Source: Pyrinomonadaceae bacterium
Lineage (GTDB): Bacteria; Acidobacteriota; Blastocatellia; Pyrinomonadales; Pyrinomonadaceae
Assembly (NCBI GenBank): GCA_046313635.1
Contig: JBKBYA010000013.1
Location: forward strand, 9,795 to 73,794
Length of the DNA stretch: 64,000 bases
Direction: 5' to 3'
This document shows positions 19,535 through 33,042 of the stretch, piece after piece (the stretch's first letter is position 1; each line of letters opens with the position of its first letter). The notes beneath the pieces are model-generated. The model saw only the letters and a program-made list of their open reading frames with translations, had not been told where the DNA came from and made no database searches. A program made the position numbers and the translations under genes.

Positions 19535-20299
19535 ATGCTTAATTTTGCAGTCGAGACTGCCAGGGCCGCGGGCGGCCTGCTTCTGGAAAAGTTTGGCCGC
19601 ATCACGGCCGTCACTAAAAAGGGCGACATCAATCTTGTCACCGAGGCTGATCTCGCCTCTGAGGCGTTGATCATCGAGCGGATCAAATCGCACTTTCCGC
19701 GGCACTCGATCCTGGCAGAGGAATCGGGCGAGGCCGTCGTGGTCGGCGGCGACTCGCGTTGGAAGTGGATCATAGACCCGCTCGACGGGACGACCAATTT
19801 CGCGCACGGCTACCCGTGCTTTTGCGTCACGCTCGCGCTCGAGCACGACGGCGAGGTCGTGATCGGGGTGACGTACGACCCGACCCGAAACGAGCTCTTC
19901 ACGGCCGAGCGCGGTCAGGGAGCGAGCCTCAACTTCAAACCGATCCACGTCTCGACGACGCCGAAGCTGAGCGAATCGCTGGTGGTCACGGGCTTCCCGT
20001 ACGACTTCAAATCCCGAGAGAATTTTGCGCGGCATTTGACCGAGTTCATGCTCGGCTCTCGCGGCGTGCGGCGTGACGGCTCGGCGGCGATCGATATGGC
20101 GTATGTGGCGTGCGGCCGTTTTGACGGCTTTTGGGAAGAAGGCCTGAATCCGTGGGACGTCGCCGCCGGCGTGCTGATGATCGAGGAGGCCGGCGGCCGC
20201 GTCAGTAATTACGACGGTTCAAGGCTGAGCATCTACAAGCCCCCGATCTGCGCTTCGAACGGGCTTATACACGACGAGATGATCCGCATCCTCGCCTAG
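19535..20299 (+). CDS. Inositol monophosphatase family protein (SuhB-like)
   Basis: AEESG, WIIDPLDGTTNF and WDVAAG motifs. Confidence 0.9.
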   Translation: MLNFAVETARAAGGLLLEKFGRITAVTKKGDINLVTEADLASEALIIERIKSHFPRHSILAEESGEAVVVGGDSRWKWIIDPLDGTTNFAHGYPCFCVTLALEHDGEVVIGVTYDPTRNELFTAERGQGASLNFKPIHVSTTPKLSESLVVTGFPYDFKSRENFARHLTEFMLGSRGVRRDGSAAIDMAYVACGRFDGFWEEGLNPWDVAAGVLMIEEAGGRVSNYDGSRLSIYKPPICASNGLIHDEMIRILA

Positions 20300-22179
20300 C
20301 GGTAAAACGCTCCCGGCACCGGCGCTATGCCCGTCCACTGTGTCCCGCCGCGGTAACCGGCCGACGACTGCAGGATGTACCAGCCCGAATAATTCCCAAA
20401 CGACGCACGCTCGACGGCGATATCCGCTCGGCCGTCGCCGTCGTAATCCGCGACGACCGGCCGATCTCCGGGCACGCCCCAGGAGGCGTAGCTGACCGTC
20501 TGGTCCGAACTTCTCAGAACGAAAAAGTCAGGCTGAGCGGGATCGGCCGTCGCACGAAAAACGGCCGGGTCGGTCCGCCCGTCGCCGTCGTAGTCGGCCG
20601 GCACCGCGACATCGGTCGAGACGCCGAATGGAAATGCGAGATACGAATTGGTCCCACTCTGAAATACGTACCAGGCGCCCTCCGACGGCCGATACACCGC
20701 GATGTCGCCGATGCCGTCGCCGTCAAAGTCCATCATCAGCGGCTTGTCGCCCGATCGGCCGAACTGCTGCGCGTAGACCTGCCCCGAAAGGCTGCGGAGC
20801 TGCCACCACTCTCCGCCCGACGGACGAAAGATCGCGATATCGGCGCGCCCGTCGCCGTCGAAATCGTTCGGCACGGGAATGTCGCCATTCGCTCCGAACT
20901 GCAGTATCCGCGTCGTCGACGTCGCCGAATTCAGGATGTACCAGTCGCCGGTCGACGGCCGAAAGACGGCGACGTCCGTGCGGTTGTCACCGTCATAGTC
21001 CGCCGGAACGATAACGTCGGTCGGGAGTCCAAAGGCGACGAGCTGCAGCTGCGAGTCTGAGCTTCTCTCGATGTACCAGCCCTGATTCGAGAAGGATGAC
21101 AGGTCAGACTTGCCGTCGCCGTCAAAATCGAATTGGGCGCGAGCGACCCGCTGTATCGCGACGTCGTTGCCGTCGCCGCCGGCGTAGGTGATGCGAAACG
21201 CGGTGTTGAGCGGCCCCGCGAAAACCGAGCCTTCTGGAGCTCCTGCAAACGTGCCGCTGACCGCGTCGGTGCCGTCATTCCGAATGATCACGAACTGCGA
21301 TCCGACGGCCGGACGAAAGTTTGCCCACGGCAGCGGCGCGAGGCGGGAGCCGCCGAGGTTGACCGCGCCCGTGACATTCAGCTGATCGTGGCCGTTCGCG
21401 CCGGGCGCCGTACCGCCGATCTTGCAGACGTATGCGCCGTTTGGCGAGAGCGTAAGCCCGTTAGAGATATTCAGGATGCCGGTCGGCGACGTGAGAGTGC
21501 CCGCGCTGACGACGCCCTGCACGACGCTGACGGCGCCGACCGTCCCCGTGCCGCCAAAGCCGCTGAGGGCAAAGCTCGTCGGGGCCGTGCCGTTGACCGT
21601 GACCGAGCTCGACGGGATGTTAGCGTCGACGACAAAGATCCCGTCGTTGAGCGTGATCGGCCCGCTAAAGCTCGAGGCAGCGACGATCGCCGCGGCACCG
21701 GGGCCGAGCTTGGTGATCGCGCCGGTTCCGGAGATCAGCCCGATGCCCGTCGTTCCCGCGCCGTCGATGGCCAGAGGGAAGCTGCCGACCGACAGCACGA
21801 CCAGCGTGGCCGCCGCGCCCTGCCCGGTCGTAAAGGTCTGCGCCGCGCTCAGGGTGATCGCGAGATTGAAGGTCGAGGTGCCGGCCGCCACGTTCAATCC
21901 GGCCGTGAGCCTGATCGGGTTTCCGCCGAAGGTGTACGTACCGCCCTCGACCGTGATCGAGCGAAACGTGGTCAAGAAAAAGAAATTGTTGTTTGTCGCG
22001 AACTGCGCCGCCGCGGCCGGGAAGACGAGATCGTCATTCGCCGCCGGCGCGACGTCGCCGACCCAGTTGGCCGCGGTCTGCCAGTTGGCGTCGGCGCCGC
22101 CGCCGTCCCAGGTCCTTACGGCCGCTGCCGACGCTGAAGTGAAAACAAGAATCGCTACGATGGTGAGGAGTACTCGCAT
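20296..22179 (-). CDS. Secreted protein with autotransporter-associated beta-strand repeats and FG-GAP/VCBS repeats
   Basis: Signal peptide, TWDGGGADANWQTAANW start of PATR-type repeats, then six Ca-binding-like repeats (DFDGDGKSD, DYDGDNRTD, DFDGDGRAD, DFDGDGIGD, DYDGDGRTD, DYDGDGRAD). Confidence 0.8.
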   Translation of the reverse strand: MRVLLTIVAILVFTSASAAAVRTWDGGGADANWQTAANWVGDVAPAANDDLVFPAAAAQFATNNNFFFLTTFRSITVEGGTYTFGGNPIRLTAGLNVAAGTSTFNLAITLSAAQTFTTGQGAAATLVVLSVGSFPLAIDGAGTTGIGLISGTGAITKLGPGAAAIVAASSFSGPITLNDGIFVVDANIPSSSVTVNGTAPTSFALSGFGGTGTVGAVSVVQGVVSAGTLTSPTGILNISNGLTLSPNGAYVCKIGGTAPGANGHDQLNVTGAVNLGGSRLAPLPWANFRPAVGSQFVIIRNDGTDAVSGTFAGAPEGSVFAGPLNTAFRITYAGGDGNDVAIQRVARAQFDFDGDGKSDLSSFSNQGWYIERSSDSQLQLVAFGLPTDVIVPADYDGDNRTDVAVFRPSTGDWYILNSATSTTRILQFGANGDIPVPNDFDGDGRADIAIFRPSGGEWWQLRSLSGQVYAQQFGRSGDKPLMMDFDGDGIGDIAVYRPSEGAWYVFQSGTNSYLAFPFGVSTDVAVPADYDGDGRTDPAVFRATADPAQPDFFVLRSSDQTVSYASWGVPGDRPVVADYDGDGRADIAVERASFGNYSGWYILQSSAGYRGGTQWTGIAPVPGAFYR

Positions 22180-22324
22180 GCTGTATGGCCTCGATGTCGA
22201 TCGGTGAAGTTCGCGAGAAAGTTAGCATAGCCCGCACGGTTATCCAACATCGGCCGCGGCCGGCACGTCGCTTTTTCGCCCAAGGCCGCTGTGCTAACCT
22301 TTAACACTTGTAATTTCAATCCTT

Positions 22325-23188
22325 ATGGCGTGGTTTCGCAGGGACAAACCCAAGATCGAGGAGCAGGAAGTCGCCGACGGCGAGCGCACGGTCAAGACCG
22401 AGGGCATTTTCGTCAAGTGTCCGGAGTGCGAGAGTCCGCTCTACAAGCGCGAGCTGACCGAGTCGTTCGAGGTCTGCACGCATTGCTCGTATCACTTTCG
22501 CTACCCGGCAAAGCGGCGTCTCGAGATCCTTTTTGACGAAGGGAAGTTTACGGAGCTCGATACCGAGGTCACCTCGGCCGACCCGCTCGAGTTCGTCGAT
22601 TCAAAGCCGTATAAAGACCGTATCGAGCAGGCCAAGAAGTCTTCGGGTCTGCCCGAGGCGATCATCTCAGGCACCGGCACCGTCGGCGGACATCTGGTCT
22701 ACGCGGGCGCGATGGACATGGCCTTCATCGGCGGCTCGATGGGCTCGGCCGTCGGCGAAAAGATCACCCGCCAGATCGAACGCGCGATCGACAACAAAGG
22801 TGCGGTGATCATCTTTTCGGCCTCGGGCGGCGCACGAATGCAGGAAGGCACGCTGTCGCTGATGCAGATGGGCAAGGTCTCGGCCGCTCTCGCACGGCTT
22901 CATGAGAAGCGTCTGCCTTTTATATCTGTACTGACCGATCCGACGACCGGCGGCGTGACCGCGAGCTTCGCGATGCTCGGCGACGTCATCATTGGCGAAC
23001 CAAAAGCGCTGATCGGCTTTGCCGGCCCGCGCGTCATCGAGCAGACGATCCGTCAAAAACTGCCGAAAGGATTTCAGCGAAGCGAGTTCCTGCTCGAGCA
23101 CGGAATGATCGACATGGTCGTCGACCGCCGCGAGCTGCGCGATACGATAATTCGCCTGCTCGACTTTATGATGCGGGATAAATCGTAG
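22325..23188 (+). CDS. accD: Acetyl-CoA carboxylase carboxyltransferase subunit beta
   Basis: N-terminal Zn ribbon CPECESPLY..CTHCSYH and the CT-beta core (GGSMGSAVGEKI..GGARMQEG). Confidence 0.95.
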   Translation: MAWFRRDKPKIEEQEVADGERTVKTEGIFVKCPECESPLYKRELTESFEVCTHCSYHFRYPAKRRLEILFDEGKFTELDTEVTSADPLEFVDSKPYKDRIEQAKKSSGLPEAIISGTGTVGGHLVYAGAMDMAFIGGSMGSAVGEKITRQIERAIDNKGAVIIFSASGGARMQEGTLSLMQMGKVSAALARLHEKRLPFISVLTDPTTGGVTASFAMLGDVIIGEPKALIGFAGPRVIEQTIRQKLPKGFQRSEFLLEHGMIDMVVDRRELRDTIIRLLDFMMRDKS

Positions 23189-23283
23189 CTATCAGTTATT
23201 CCGAAGCAGAGCCATGATCTGCTCGCCCACTTCAACTATCGTCTCGGGCAGATCAACTGCCGTCGCCGAATGATCTCGCCGTC

Positions 23284-24588
23284 GTGAATTTCCGCGAGTC
23301 CCAATCGTATCTCTTCTCGCTCGGCAACGAAGTGTCGGCGATGAAGCTCGGCCTCGAGAGCATGCACGAGCTGCTCGCCGCACTCGGCAAACCTCAGCAA
23401 AATTACATCAAGGTTCAGGTCGCCGGCACCAACGGCAAAGGCTCGGTCTGCGCATTTCTGGGATCGATGTGCGTCGCCGCCCACGTTAAGGTCGGCGTCA
23501 CGACCTCACCGCATCTCGTCTCGGTCACGGAACGGGTACTGATCAACGGCGAGCCGATCGACGAGGACGAATTTGCCGAGTTTTCGACGCGAGTCCGCGA
23601 GGCATCAGAGGCGCTCGTTCGCGACGGCAGGCTCGAGACGGTCCCGACATATTTTGAGCAGGTAACCGCGATCGCTCTGCTGGCGTTTGCCGCTCACAAG
23701 GTCGAGCTCGCGATCCTCGAGACCGGTCTCGGCGGGCGACTCGACGCGACTACGGCCGCGAATGCCGAGATCGCCGCGATCACGCGGATCGACCTCGATC
23801 ATCAGGAATATCTCGGCGAGACGCTTCGGGAGATCGCCGGTGAAAAGGCGGCGATCATTCACCGCGACAGCCGCGTAGTCGTCGGCGAGCAGCAGCCCGA
23901 GGCGATGGCGGTCATTCTCGAGCGATGCCGCTCGCTGGGCGTCGAGCCGCGGCTTGCGTCAGACACGACAGCGACATTCGACGGCGAGACGGTCACATTT
24001 CGCGACGCCGATCTTGTGCTCTCGAATCTCCGCCTCGGCCTCGCCGGCGACCACCAGATCGAGAATGCAAAGATCGCGATCGGCCTCGCCCGTGAGATGA
24101 ATATTGAAGCGAAACATATCTCTCAAGGCCTCGCGTCTGCGCGACATCCTGGCCGTCTCGAGTGGATGACAACGAGCGACGGCGAATTCCTCCTCGACGG
24201 AGCGCACAATATCGGCGGAGCGGCGGCGTTGAGAGACTACATTCTTAAGTACCGGCCCGAACCGAGAATGACGCTCGTCTTTGGCTGCATGCGCGACAAG
24301 GACGTTCGCAAGATCGCGGCGCTGCTTTTCCCGCTGGCCGACGAGATCATCCTCACCGAGGCGAGCAATTCGCGCTCGATGCAGGCAGACGATCTTTACC
24401 GCATCGCGGCGGGGATAGTTCCCGCAGACGACTGCACGGCTGTCAAGCGACTTGCCGACGCGATCGACCTGGCCGTCAGATACTATCTCGGACGGCCCGA
24501 CGCGTCGCACCGTTTCATATGCGTCACCGGCTCGCTCTACCTCGTCGGCGAGGCAAAGAAGCTGCTGCGCAAGAGATCGGCGACTTGA
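23284..24588 (+). CDS. folC: Bifunctional folylpolyglutamate synthase / dihydrofolate synthase
   Basis: P-loop VAGTNGKGS and Mur-ligase middle and C-terminal domains. accD-folC synteny. GTG start assumed. Confidence 0.9.
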   Translation: MNFRESQSYLFSLGNEVSAMKLGLESMHELLAALGKPQQNYIKVQVAGTNGKGSVCAFLGSMCVAAHVKVGVTTSPHLVSVTERVLINGEPIDEDEFAEFSTRVREASEALVRDGRLETVPTYFEQVTAIALLAFAAHKVELAILETGLGGRLDATTAANAEIAAITRIDLDHQEYLGETLREIAGEKAAIIHRDSRVVVGEQQPEAMAVILERCRSLGVEPRLASDTTATFDGETVTFRDADLVLSNLRLGLAGDHQIENAKIAIGLAREMNIEAKHISQGLASARHPGRLEWMTTSDGEFLLDGAHNIGGAAALRDYILKYRPEPRMTLVFGCMRDKDVRKIAALLFPLADEIILTEASNSRSMQADDLYRIAAGIVPADDCTAVKRLADAIDLAVRYYLGRPDASHRFICVTGSLYLVGEAKKLLRKRSAT

Positions 24589-24591
24589 GAA

Positions 24592-24636
24592 CCCAAATTC
24601 AAAATTTGAAATCTGGAATTTGGAATCTAAAATTCC
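24592..24636. repeat. Heptamer-array hairpin (unit AAATTCA / GGAATTT) filling the folC-gpmA gap
   Basis: ccaaattcaaaattt, gaaat, ctggaatttggaatctaaaattcc. Confidence 0.65.
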
Positions 24637-24640
24637 TCAT

Positions 24641-25387
24641 ATGCACAAACTTGTACTTATCCGTCACGGCGAGAGCGAGTGGAACAAGGAGAATCGTTTC
24701 ACCGGTTGGAAGGACGTCGATCTCAGCGAAAAAGGACGAGAGGAGGCCCACGCCGCCGGGCGTCTGCTCAAGGCCGAGGGATTTACGTTTGACGAGGCAT
24801 ACGCGTCGGTGCTCAAGCGCGCGATCCGCACGATGTGGATCATCCTCGACGAGATGGACCTGATGTGGATACCGGAGACCAAATCGTGGCTGCTCAACGA
24901 GCGGCACTACGGTGCGCTTCAGGGCTTGAACAAAGCCGAGATGGCGGCTCAGTACGGTGAGGAGCAGGTACTCAAATGGCGGCGGAGCTTTGACATCCCG
25001 CCCGACCCGATGCCGGAGACCGATGAGCGCTGGCTGGGCAACGACCCGCGTTACGGCGACATCGAGCCGGACAAATTCCCCAGGACCGAATGTCTCAAGG
25101 ACACGGTCGCACGCGTCGTCCCGTACTATCAGTACGAGATCGAGCCCAAGATCAAGCAGGGAAAACGGATCCTCGTCGCCGCTCACGGCAACAGCCTGCG
25201 GGCGCTCGTCAAGCATCTCGACCACATTCCGGACGACGAGATCACCAGCCTCAACATTCCGACGGGCATCCCGCTCGTGTACGAGCTCGACGACAAACTG
25301 CAAAAGATAAACAGCTATTATCTCGGCGATCAGGAAGCGATCAAGGCCGCGCAGGAGGCGGTCGCGAATCAGGGAAAGGCGAAATAG
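24641..25387 (+). CDS. gpmA: 2,3-bisphosphoglycerate-dependent phosphoglycerate mutase
   Basis: [18 protein letters not shown] and [13 protein letters not shown] motifs. Start trimmed to [10 protein letters not shown] (ATG 24641). Confidence 0.95.
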   Translation: MHKLVLIRHGESEWNKENRFTGWKDVDLSEKGREEAHAAGRLLKAEGFTFDEAYASVLKRAIRTMWIILDEMDLMWIPETKSWLLNERHYGALQGLNKAEMAAQYGEEQVLKWRRSFDIPPDPMPETDERWLGNDPRYGDIEPDKFPRTECLKDTVARVVPYYQYEIEPKIKQGKRILVAAHGNSLRALVKHLDHIPDDEITSLNIPTGIPLVYELDDKLQKINSYYLGDQEAIKAAQEAVANQGKAK

Positions 25388-25516
25388 GAACGCCACGATT
25401 TGCTACGCGCGACGGCCGAAATCGTGGATGAACTTTTAGGCTGCAGCCAAAATCAAAGGATCGGTCGACGAGCTATGTTTCTAGGCCGATCCTAAATTTT
25501 TTGGAGTACTGCAGAA

Positions 25517-26242
25517 ATGTTCAAGATCAGGAATTCTCTCGCCCTCACCGCGATAATTGTCGCTCTGGCGGGCGCGTCATTCGCGCAGACGACGCGGACG
25601 GCCCGCACGTCGGCGCGGCAGGCCTCGCTGTCGGATCTCGACATCTCGCGCGGCCTCAGAGCAGCGCTCGGCCAGGGCGTGCGAAACGCGGTCAGCGATC
25701 TCGGCCGCCGCAACGGCTTTCTCGACAACTCGCGCGTGCGCATTCCGCTGCCGCGTAACCTGCAGCGGACCGAACGGACGCTTCGCGCTCTCGGTCAGGG
25801 CCGCCGCGTTGACGAGTTTGTCGCGGCGATGAATCACGCGGCCGAAGAGGCCGTGCCGGTCGCGGCCGACATATTCTTTGACGCGATCATGCAGATGTCG
25901 TTCAGCGACGCGCGCAATATTTTGTTCAGCGGGCAGGACGACGCAGCGACGCAGTTCTTTCGCCGGACGAGCGAGCAAAGGCTGCGCGAGGAGTTTCGGC
26001 CGATCGTCGAGCGATTTACAGAGCAGGTCGGCGTCACGCAAAAGTACAAGCAGTTGATGGGACGCTACGGATTTCTCGGCCGTGCGGTCGGGCAGGATGC
26101 GTCGGATATCGACGGCTACGTCACCGAAAAGGCGCTCGACGGACTATTCCTGCTCGTCGCCGACGAGGAGCGACGCATTCGCCGCGACCCGATCGGGAGA
26201 ACGACGGCGATACTCAGGACGGTCTTCGGCGTGCTGAGATAA
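25517..26242 (+). CDS. DUF4197-like secreted protein
   Basis: Signal peptide plus the conserved pattern ..GLRAALGQGVRNAVSDLGRRNGFLDN..RIPLP.. ..YVTEKALDGLF... Confidence 0.75.
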   Translation: MFKIRNSLALTAIIVALAGASFAQTTRTARTSARQASLSDLDISRGLRAALGQGVRNAVSDLGRRNGFLDNSRVRIPLPRNLQRTERTLRALGQGRRVDEFVAAMNHAAEEAVPVAADIFFDAIMQMSFSDARNILFSGQDDAATQFFRRTSEQRLREEFRPIVERFTEQVGVTQKYKQLMGRYGFLGRAVGQDASDIDGYVTEKALDGLFLLVADEERRIRRDPIGRTTAILRTVFGVLR

Positions 26243-26345
26243 TTGATCGCCGCATCGCGAGCGCTGCAGCAACAGAGAAGTGAGAGGGAATCTGCGGATC
26301 GCATTTTCCTTTTCACTTTTCGACATTTAAACTCTGCTACTTTGT

Positions 26346-27290
26346 ATGCCCTGGCGTAAGGTCCTCTATTTTGCTCTCGTCGTCGTCTGTCTATCGCCGC
26401 TTGTCTCGCCGCCGGCCGCGCTTGCTCTCGGCCTCGCGCTCGCGCTGACGGTGGGCAATCCGTTCCCGGGGCCGACGCGCGAGACGACGCGCTATCTTTT
26501 GCGGATCTGCGTCGTTCTGCTGGGCTTTGGACTCAACCTGAATGACGTCTATCGAGCGGGCCGCGACGGCCTGCTCTTTACGATCGCGACGATCGCAGGC
26601 ACGCTGGTCCTGGGCTACATTCTCGGCCGCGCGCTGAAGGTCGGCGACAAGATCTCGACGCTGATCTCCTCGGGCACGGCGATCTGCGGCGGCAGCGCGA
26701 TCGCCGCGGTCGGGCCGGCGATCGAGGCCGACAGCGACGAGATGACCGTCTCGCTCGGCGCGGTATTTGTGCTCAACTCGATCGCGTTGTTCCTGTTTCC
26801 GGTCATCGGCGTCTCGCTCGGGCTCACGCAGGATCAGTTCGGGATCTGGGCCGCGATCGCGATACACGATACGAGCTCGGTCGTCGGCGCGGCCGCCGCC
26901 TACGGGCAGGAAGCCCTCGGCACGGCGACCGTCGTCAAGCTGACGCGGGCGCTGTGGATAGCACCGGTCGCGCTGTTCTTCGCATTTGTCTTTGGCCGCA
27001 GCGGCAATGGTGCCGCCGGCGGCCGGCGGGTCGAGGTGCCTTGGTTCATCTTCCTCTTTGTCGCCGCGACGGTCGCGCGCAGCTATGCGCCGAGCTTCGT
27101 CTTGCCGAGCCTCTTCGATTCGGTCGTCAATTTTGCAAAGGCAGGAATGACGCTGTGCCTCTTTTTTATCGGGGCCACGCTCTCGCGCGAGACGATCCGC
27201 AAGGTCGGAGCGCGTCCGCTGATTCAGGGCCTCGTGCTGTGGATCGCGATCTCCGTCGTCAGCCTTGCCGCGGTGCTGCGGCTGGTCTAA
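26346..27290 (+). CDS. YeiH/UPF0324 family putative sulfate exporter
   Basis: Polytopic membrane protein with SSGTAICGGSAIAA and WAAIAIHDTSSVVG motifs. Confidence 0.85.
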   Translation: MPWRKVLYFALVVVCLSPLVSPPAALALGLALALTVGNPFPGPTRETTRYLLRICVVLLGFGLNLNDVYRAGRDGLLFTIATIAGTLVLGYILGRALKVGDKISTLISSGTAICGGSAIAAVGPAIEADSDEMTVSLGAVFVLNSIALFLFPVIGVSLGLTQDQFGIWAAIAIHDTSSVVGAAAAYGQEALGTATVVKLTRALWIAPVALFFAFVFGRSGNGAAGGRRVEVPWFIFLFVAATVARSYAPSFVLPSLFDSVVNFAKAGMTLCLFFIGATLSRETIRKVGARPLIQGLVLWIAISVVSLAAVLRLV

Positions 27291-27336
27291 AAGTACAATT
27301 CGTGCCGCGAACTTGCGTCGGGTCTGCCGGCGTCTT

Positions 27337-28185
27337 TCAGGCCCGAGCGGTCCGCGTCCGAGCGGCCTGATCGTTGTCACTTGATTCGGCGTCCGAACCC
27401 GAGCGCATCGGCTCGCGTCCGGACGGCTGGCCTTCGTTGGTCACGATCCGACCGGTCTCCATCAGCATTTTGAATCGGCGAAGGTCGTCCTCGACCTGCA
27501 GGCCGGGCTCTTCGCCGAGCGCCCACGCGATCCATTCGCCGAGCTTGCCGCCGGGAGCCTCGTAGGTCAGATCGACGCGCACGAGCGTGCCGCGGTCGCC
27601 GCCCACCTCGCGAAAGTTCACTACGCCCGAATTGACGACGTCCGATCCCTCGAGAGATTTCCATCCGATGCGTTCGTTGGCGACATCGCTCGTCAATTCG
27701 GCGTCCCACTCGACCGACATTCCGAGCGGGGCCTTTGCCCTCCAGTGAGAGATCTTGCCGTCGCCGTCACGTACGCTGACCTTCTCAAGATGCTTCATAA
27801 AGCGCGGCAGATTCTCGAGCTCGCGCCAGTAGCCGTAGAGCTCGGCCGCGGGCTTTGCTATCAAGATCGAGCGGGTGACGTGCACCGGCCGCCCCAGCAG
27901 GCTGCGACCGTAGGGCGAACGCCGCGTGCCCTCGGCCTCACCGCCGCCGTGCGCGGTGTCGATGCCGGCCGCGTCGTAGAGGTGACAGTGGCCGGTCGAT
28001 CCGCGAAATAAGAGCACGCCGCCGAGAATGCCGAGCGCCGTTCCCAACACTCCCCCGCGGCTGATGCCGTACGCCAGCATCGCTCCGCCGCCGATCAGCG
28101 AAGCGACGCGCTCGGTGGTACCGACATTTATCGACAGGTCGGTAAAATGATCTAACCGGTTTTCGCTTTGTGTTTGGTGATGCAT
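27337..28185 (-). CDS. SRPBCC (cyclase/dehydrase) domain protein with N-terminal YgaP/DUF2892-like membrane segment
   Basis: ERVASLIGGGAMLAYGISRGG.. then AELYGYWRELENLPRFMKHL..WRAKAP..VEWDAE... Start trimmed to MHHQTQSENR (28183-28185). The upstream 186 codons of the track ORF look non-coding. Confidence 0.75.
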   Translation of the reverse strand: MHHQTQSENRLDHFTDLSINVGTTERVASLIGGGAMLAYGISRGGVLGTALGILGGVLLFRGSTGHCHLYDAAGIDTAHGGGEAEGTRRSPYGRSLLGRPVHVTRSILIAKPAAELYGYWRELENLPRFMKHLEKVSVRDGDGKISHWRAKAPLGMSVEWDAELTSDVANERIGWKSLEGSDVVNSGVVNFREVGGDRGTLVRVDLTYEAPGGKLGEWIAWALGEEPGLQVEDDLRRFKMLMETGRIVTNEGQPSGREPMRSGSDAESSDNDQAARTRTARA

Positions 28186-28344
28186 AAGAGACCTCGACCT
28201 GCCTGCCCCGGCGGGAGTACCGCTAACGGTACTCGTCCGTGTACCGACGAGAGACACTAGTTTCATTTGAAGGTGCCGTTGCGCAATAGGCGTGCCGCTC
28301 CGGCGGCGTAGAACCTGAACGCACGCGATTGCTATACTGCCGCT

Positions 28345-28593
28345 ATGGCAAGCGAAGACCCGGATGTCGTGGTCAAACTCAAGACCGAGCGGCGCGGTGT
28401 GCTCAACCCGCAGATCGTTCGCTGGATCGCATTCGTCGTGATCACGGTCTCGCTCGTCGCCTGCACCGTTCTCTGCATCCTCGCGATCTGGAAGTTCACA
28501 GAGTCGGACGCCGTCTGGCGCGCGATCGCGACCTTTATCGTCGTCAGCATCGCGACCGCGATATTTGCCCTCGTCAACGAAAAGCTCGGCTAA
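28345..28593 (+). CDS. Hypothetical small two-TM membrane protein
   Basis: 82 aa with two clear hydrophobic helices. Codon usage is consistent with the neighbours. Confidence 0.45.
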   Translation: MASEDPDVVVKLKTERRGVLNPQIVRWIAFVVITVSLVACTVLCILAIWKFTESDAVWRAIATFIVVSIATAIFALVNEKLG

Positions 28594-28594
28594 A

Positions 28595-28727
28595 GGAGCG
28601 CGGACATTCCTGTCCGCATAAGTGCGAAGCACGAAGAAACGCGCCGGAGAATGATCGAGTCGATCCTCCGGCGTACCTGTTCGCTCTCGGAGACGAACGC
28701 TCATGCGGACAGGAGTGTCCGCGCTCC
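28595..28727. repeat. MITE/REP-doublet-like element with 25-bp terminal inverted repeats
   Basis: ggagcgcggacattcctgtccgcat (28595-28619) versus the reverse complement of atgcggacaggagtgtccgcgctcc (28703-28727), 24/25 identical. Each arm is itself a GGACA-nnnn-TGTCC hairpin. The interior holds ccggag..ctccgg and gttcg..cgaac stems. Confidence 0.75.
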
Positions 28728-28807
28728 GTGCGGCCTCGCGCACCGTTCATTCGCTTTGCTAACATACTCGTTTCGACTATCGGCGAGATTCTTATCTGTA
28801 GTACGAG

Positions 28808-31714
<2,907 letters not shown>

Positions 31715-31756
31715 GCTGCTGCAAAAGTTAATTCGTTGAAACTACGATTCGTTATT

Positions 31757-31786
31757 CGGCCGGCGCTGCGAAGCCGGCCGTTTTTG
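31757..31786 (+). terminator. Intrinsic terminator after uvrA
   Basis: cggccggc-gctgcgaa-gccggccg followed by ttttt. Confidence 0.75.
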
Positions 31787-31836
31787 TCTCGTCGGCATAG
31801 CCATTGCAAAACTCGCGGTAAACGGAGGTTTATCGA

Positions 31837-32142
31837 ATGAGTAACGCAGAACAGAACCAGCAGAATCAAAAGGGCGCTCCGCAGGATACGGCGCAGATGC
31901 CGTCGAGCGGTAATTCGCCTTCGCCGACCGGCTCCACCGAGGGAACGGACGAATCGTCGCGCTCGCCCGAAGGCGGCGATCCCGAAAGTAAGGGCTCCTC
32001 GTCCGGAGCCGCGACGCAGACCGCGCCGGAGTCCGGCGAAAGCACGGCGTCGAATGTCTATAAGAACGACACAGGCGACCCGGGCCGCACGCCGGGATCG
32101 GCCGAGGGCGTCGAGGACTTTCAGAAGACGGGGAATGAGTGA
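31837..32142 (+). CDS. Hypothetical low-complexity acidic/Ser-Gly-rich protein
   Basis: 101 aa, predicted disordered. Only the ORF and GGAGG-like upstream context support it. Confidence 0.3.
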   Translation: MSNAEQNQQNQKGAPQDTAQMPSSGNSPSPTGSTEGTDESSRSPEGGDPESKGSSSGAATQTAPESGESTASNVYKNDTGDPGRTPGSAEGVEDFQKTGNE

Positions 32143-32223
32143 TCTGGTCGGTCAGAGGAAGTGAAGTTCTTCTCGTCGAGCGGAAAAGCTTTGCATTTCC
32201 GCTCGGCGAGATAACGGTCTCGA

Positions 32224-32976
32224 CTAACTACCGAGCATTATCGCGTCGAGCATTTCGCGGACGGCCTGCTCGAGGCCGACGAAGATCGCGCGGGAGATGA
32301 TGTGGTGGCCGATGTTGAATTCGGCGATCTCTGGCATCGCGGCGAGCGGGCCGATGTTGCGGGTCGTGAGGCCGTGGCCGGCAGCGACGACGAGGCCGCA
32401 ATTCTGGGCGTGAACGACGGCCTCGCGAATGCGGTCGATCTCGGCGGCGGCTTTACGCGAGCCTTCGCCGTGCGAAGCGCGAGAGCCTAACGTGAGCTCG
32501 GCGTATTCGGCGGTGCAGATCTCGATCTGCGCGGCCCCGGCGCGCTTTGCGGCGTCGATCTGGTCCGGCTCGGGGTCGATGAAGATGCTTACAAAAATGC
32601 CCGCGGCCTTGAGCCTTTCGACGGCGTGCTTGACCGTCTCAAAATTTCCGACCACATCGAGACCGCCCTCGGTCGTGACCTCGTTCGGACTCTCGGGCAC
32701 GAGCGAAACGGCATCGGGCTTGACGCGCGTCGCGATCTTGACCATCTCTTCCGTCGTCGCGTGCTCGACGTTTAGATAAGTGCTGACCGTGTCGCGCAGC
32801 AGCTCGATGTCGCGGTCCTGAATGTGGCGGCGGTCCTGCCTGAGGTGCACCGTGATGCCGTGCGCGCCGGCCTGCTCGCAAGCGACGGCCGCGGCGACGA
32901 CGCTCGGCTCGATGGTCTTGCGTGCCTGGCGAACGGTCGCGACGTGGTCGATATTCACATTCAGACGTGCGGGCAT
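32224..32976 (-). CDS. pdxJ: Pyridoxine 5'-phosphate synthase
   Basis: [39 protein letters not shown]. Confidence 0.95.
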   Translation of the reverse strand: MPARLNVNIDHVATVRQARKTIEPSVVAAAVACEQAGAHGITVHLRQDRRHIQDRDIELLRDTVSTYLNVEHATTEEMVKIATRVKPDAVSLVPESPNEVTTEGGLDVVGNFETVKHAVERLKAAGIFVSIFIDPEPDQIDAAKRAGAAQIEICTAEYAELTLGSRASHGEGSRKAAAEIDRIREAVVHAQNCGLVVAAGHGLTTRNIGPLAAMPEIAEFNIGHHIISRAIFVGLEQAVREMLDAIMLGS

Positions 32977-33042
32977 TGGTCGATTCCTCGCTGAATTAAA
33001 TTAGTTTTCAAAATATAACACCATCGCTGGCGCGGTCGGACA

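Noticed and set aside
27337-28743. Full 468-aa version of the SRPBCC ORF. The same issue affects the long N-terminal extensions of the ORFs at 564..1472, 4183..5355, 5996..6667, 15347..15970, 15612..16892, 24452..25387, 53958..54611, 56901..57704 and 58859..60823.
   Set aside because: The extensions are Arg/Pro-rich and overlap neighbouring genes or repeats. Conserved family N-termini begin at internal ATGs, several with visible SD sequences, so the starts were trimmed.
32186-32212. Hairpin gagcggaaa..tttccgctc between the 31837 ORF and pdxJ, considered as a bidirectional terminator.
   Set aside because: There is no U-tract on either side. It is plausible but not supported well enough to list.
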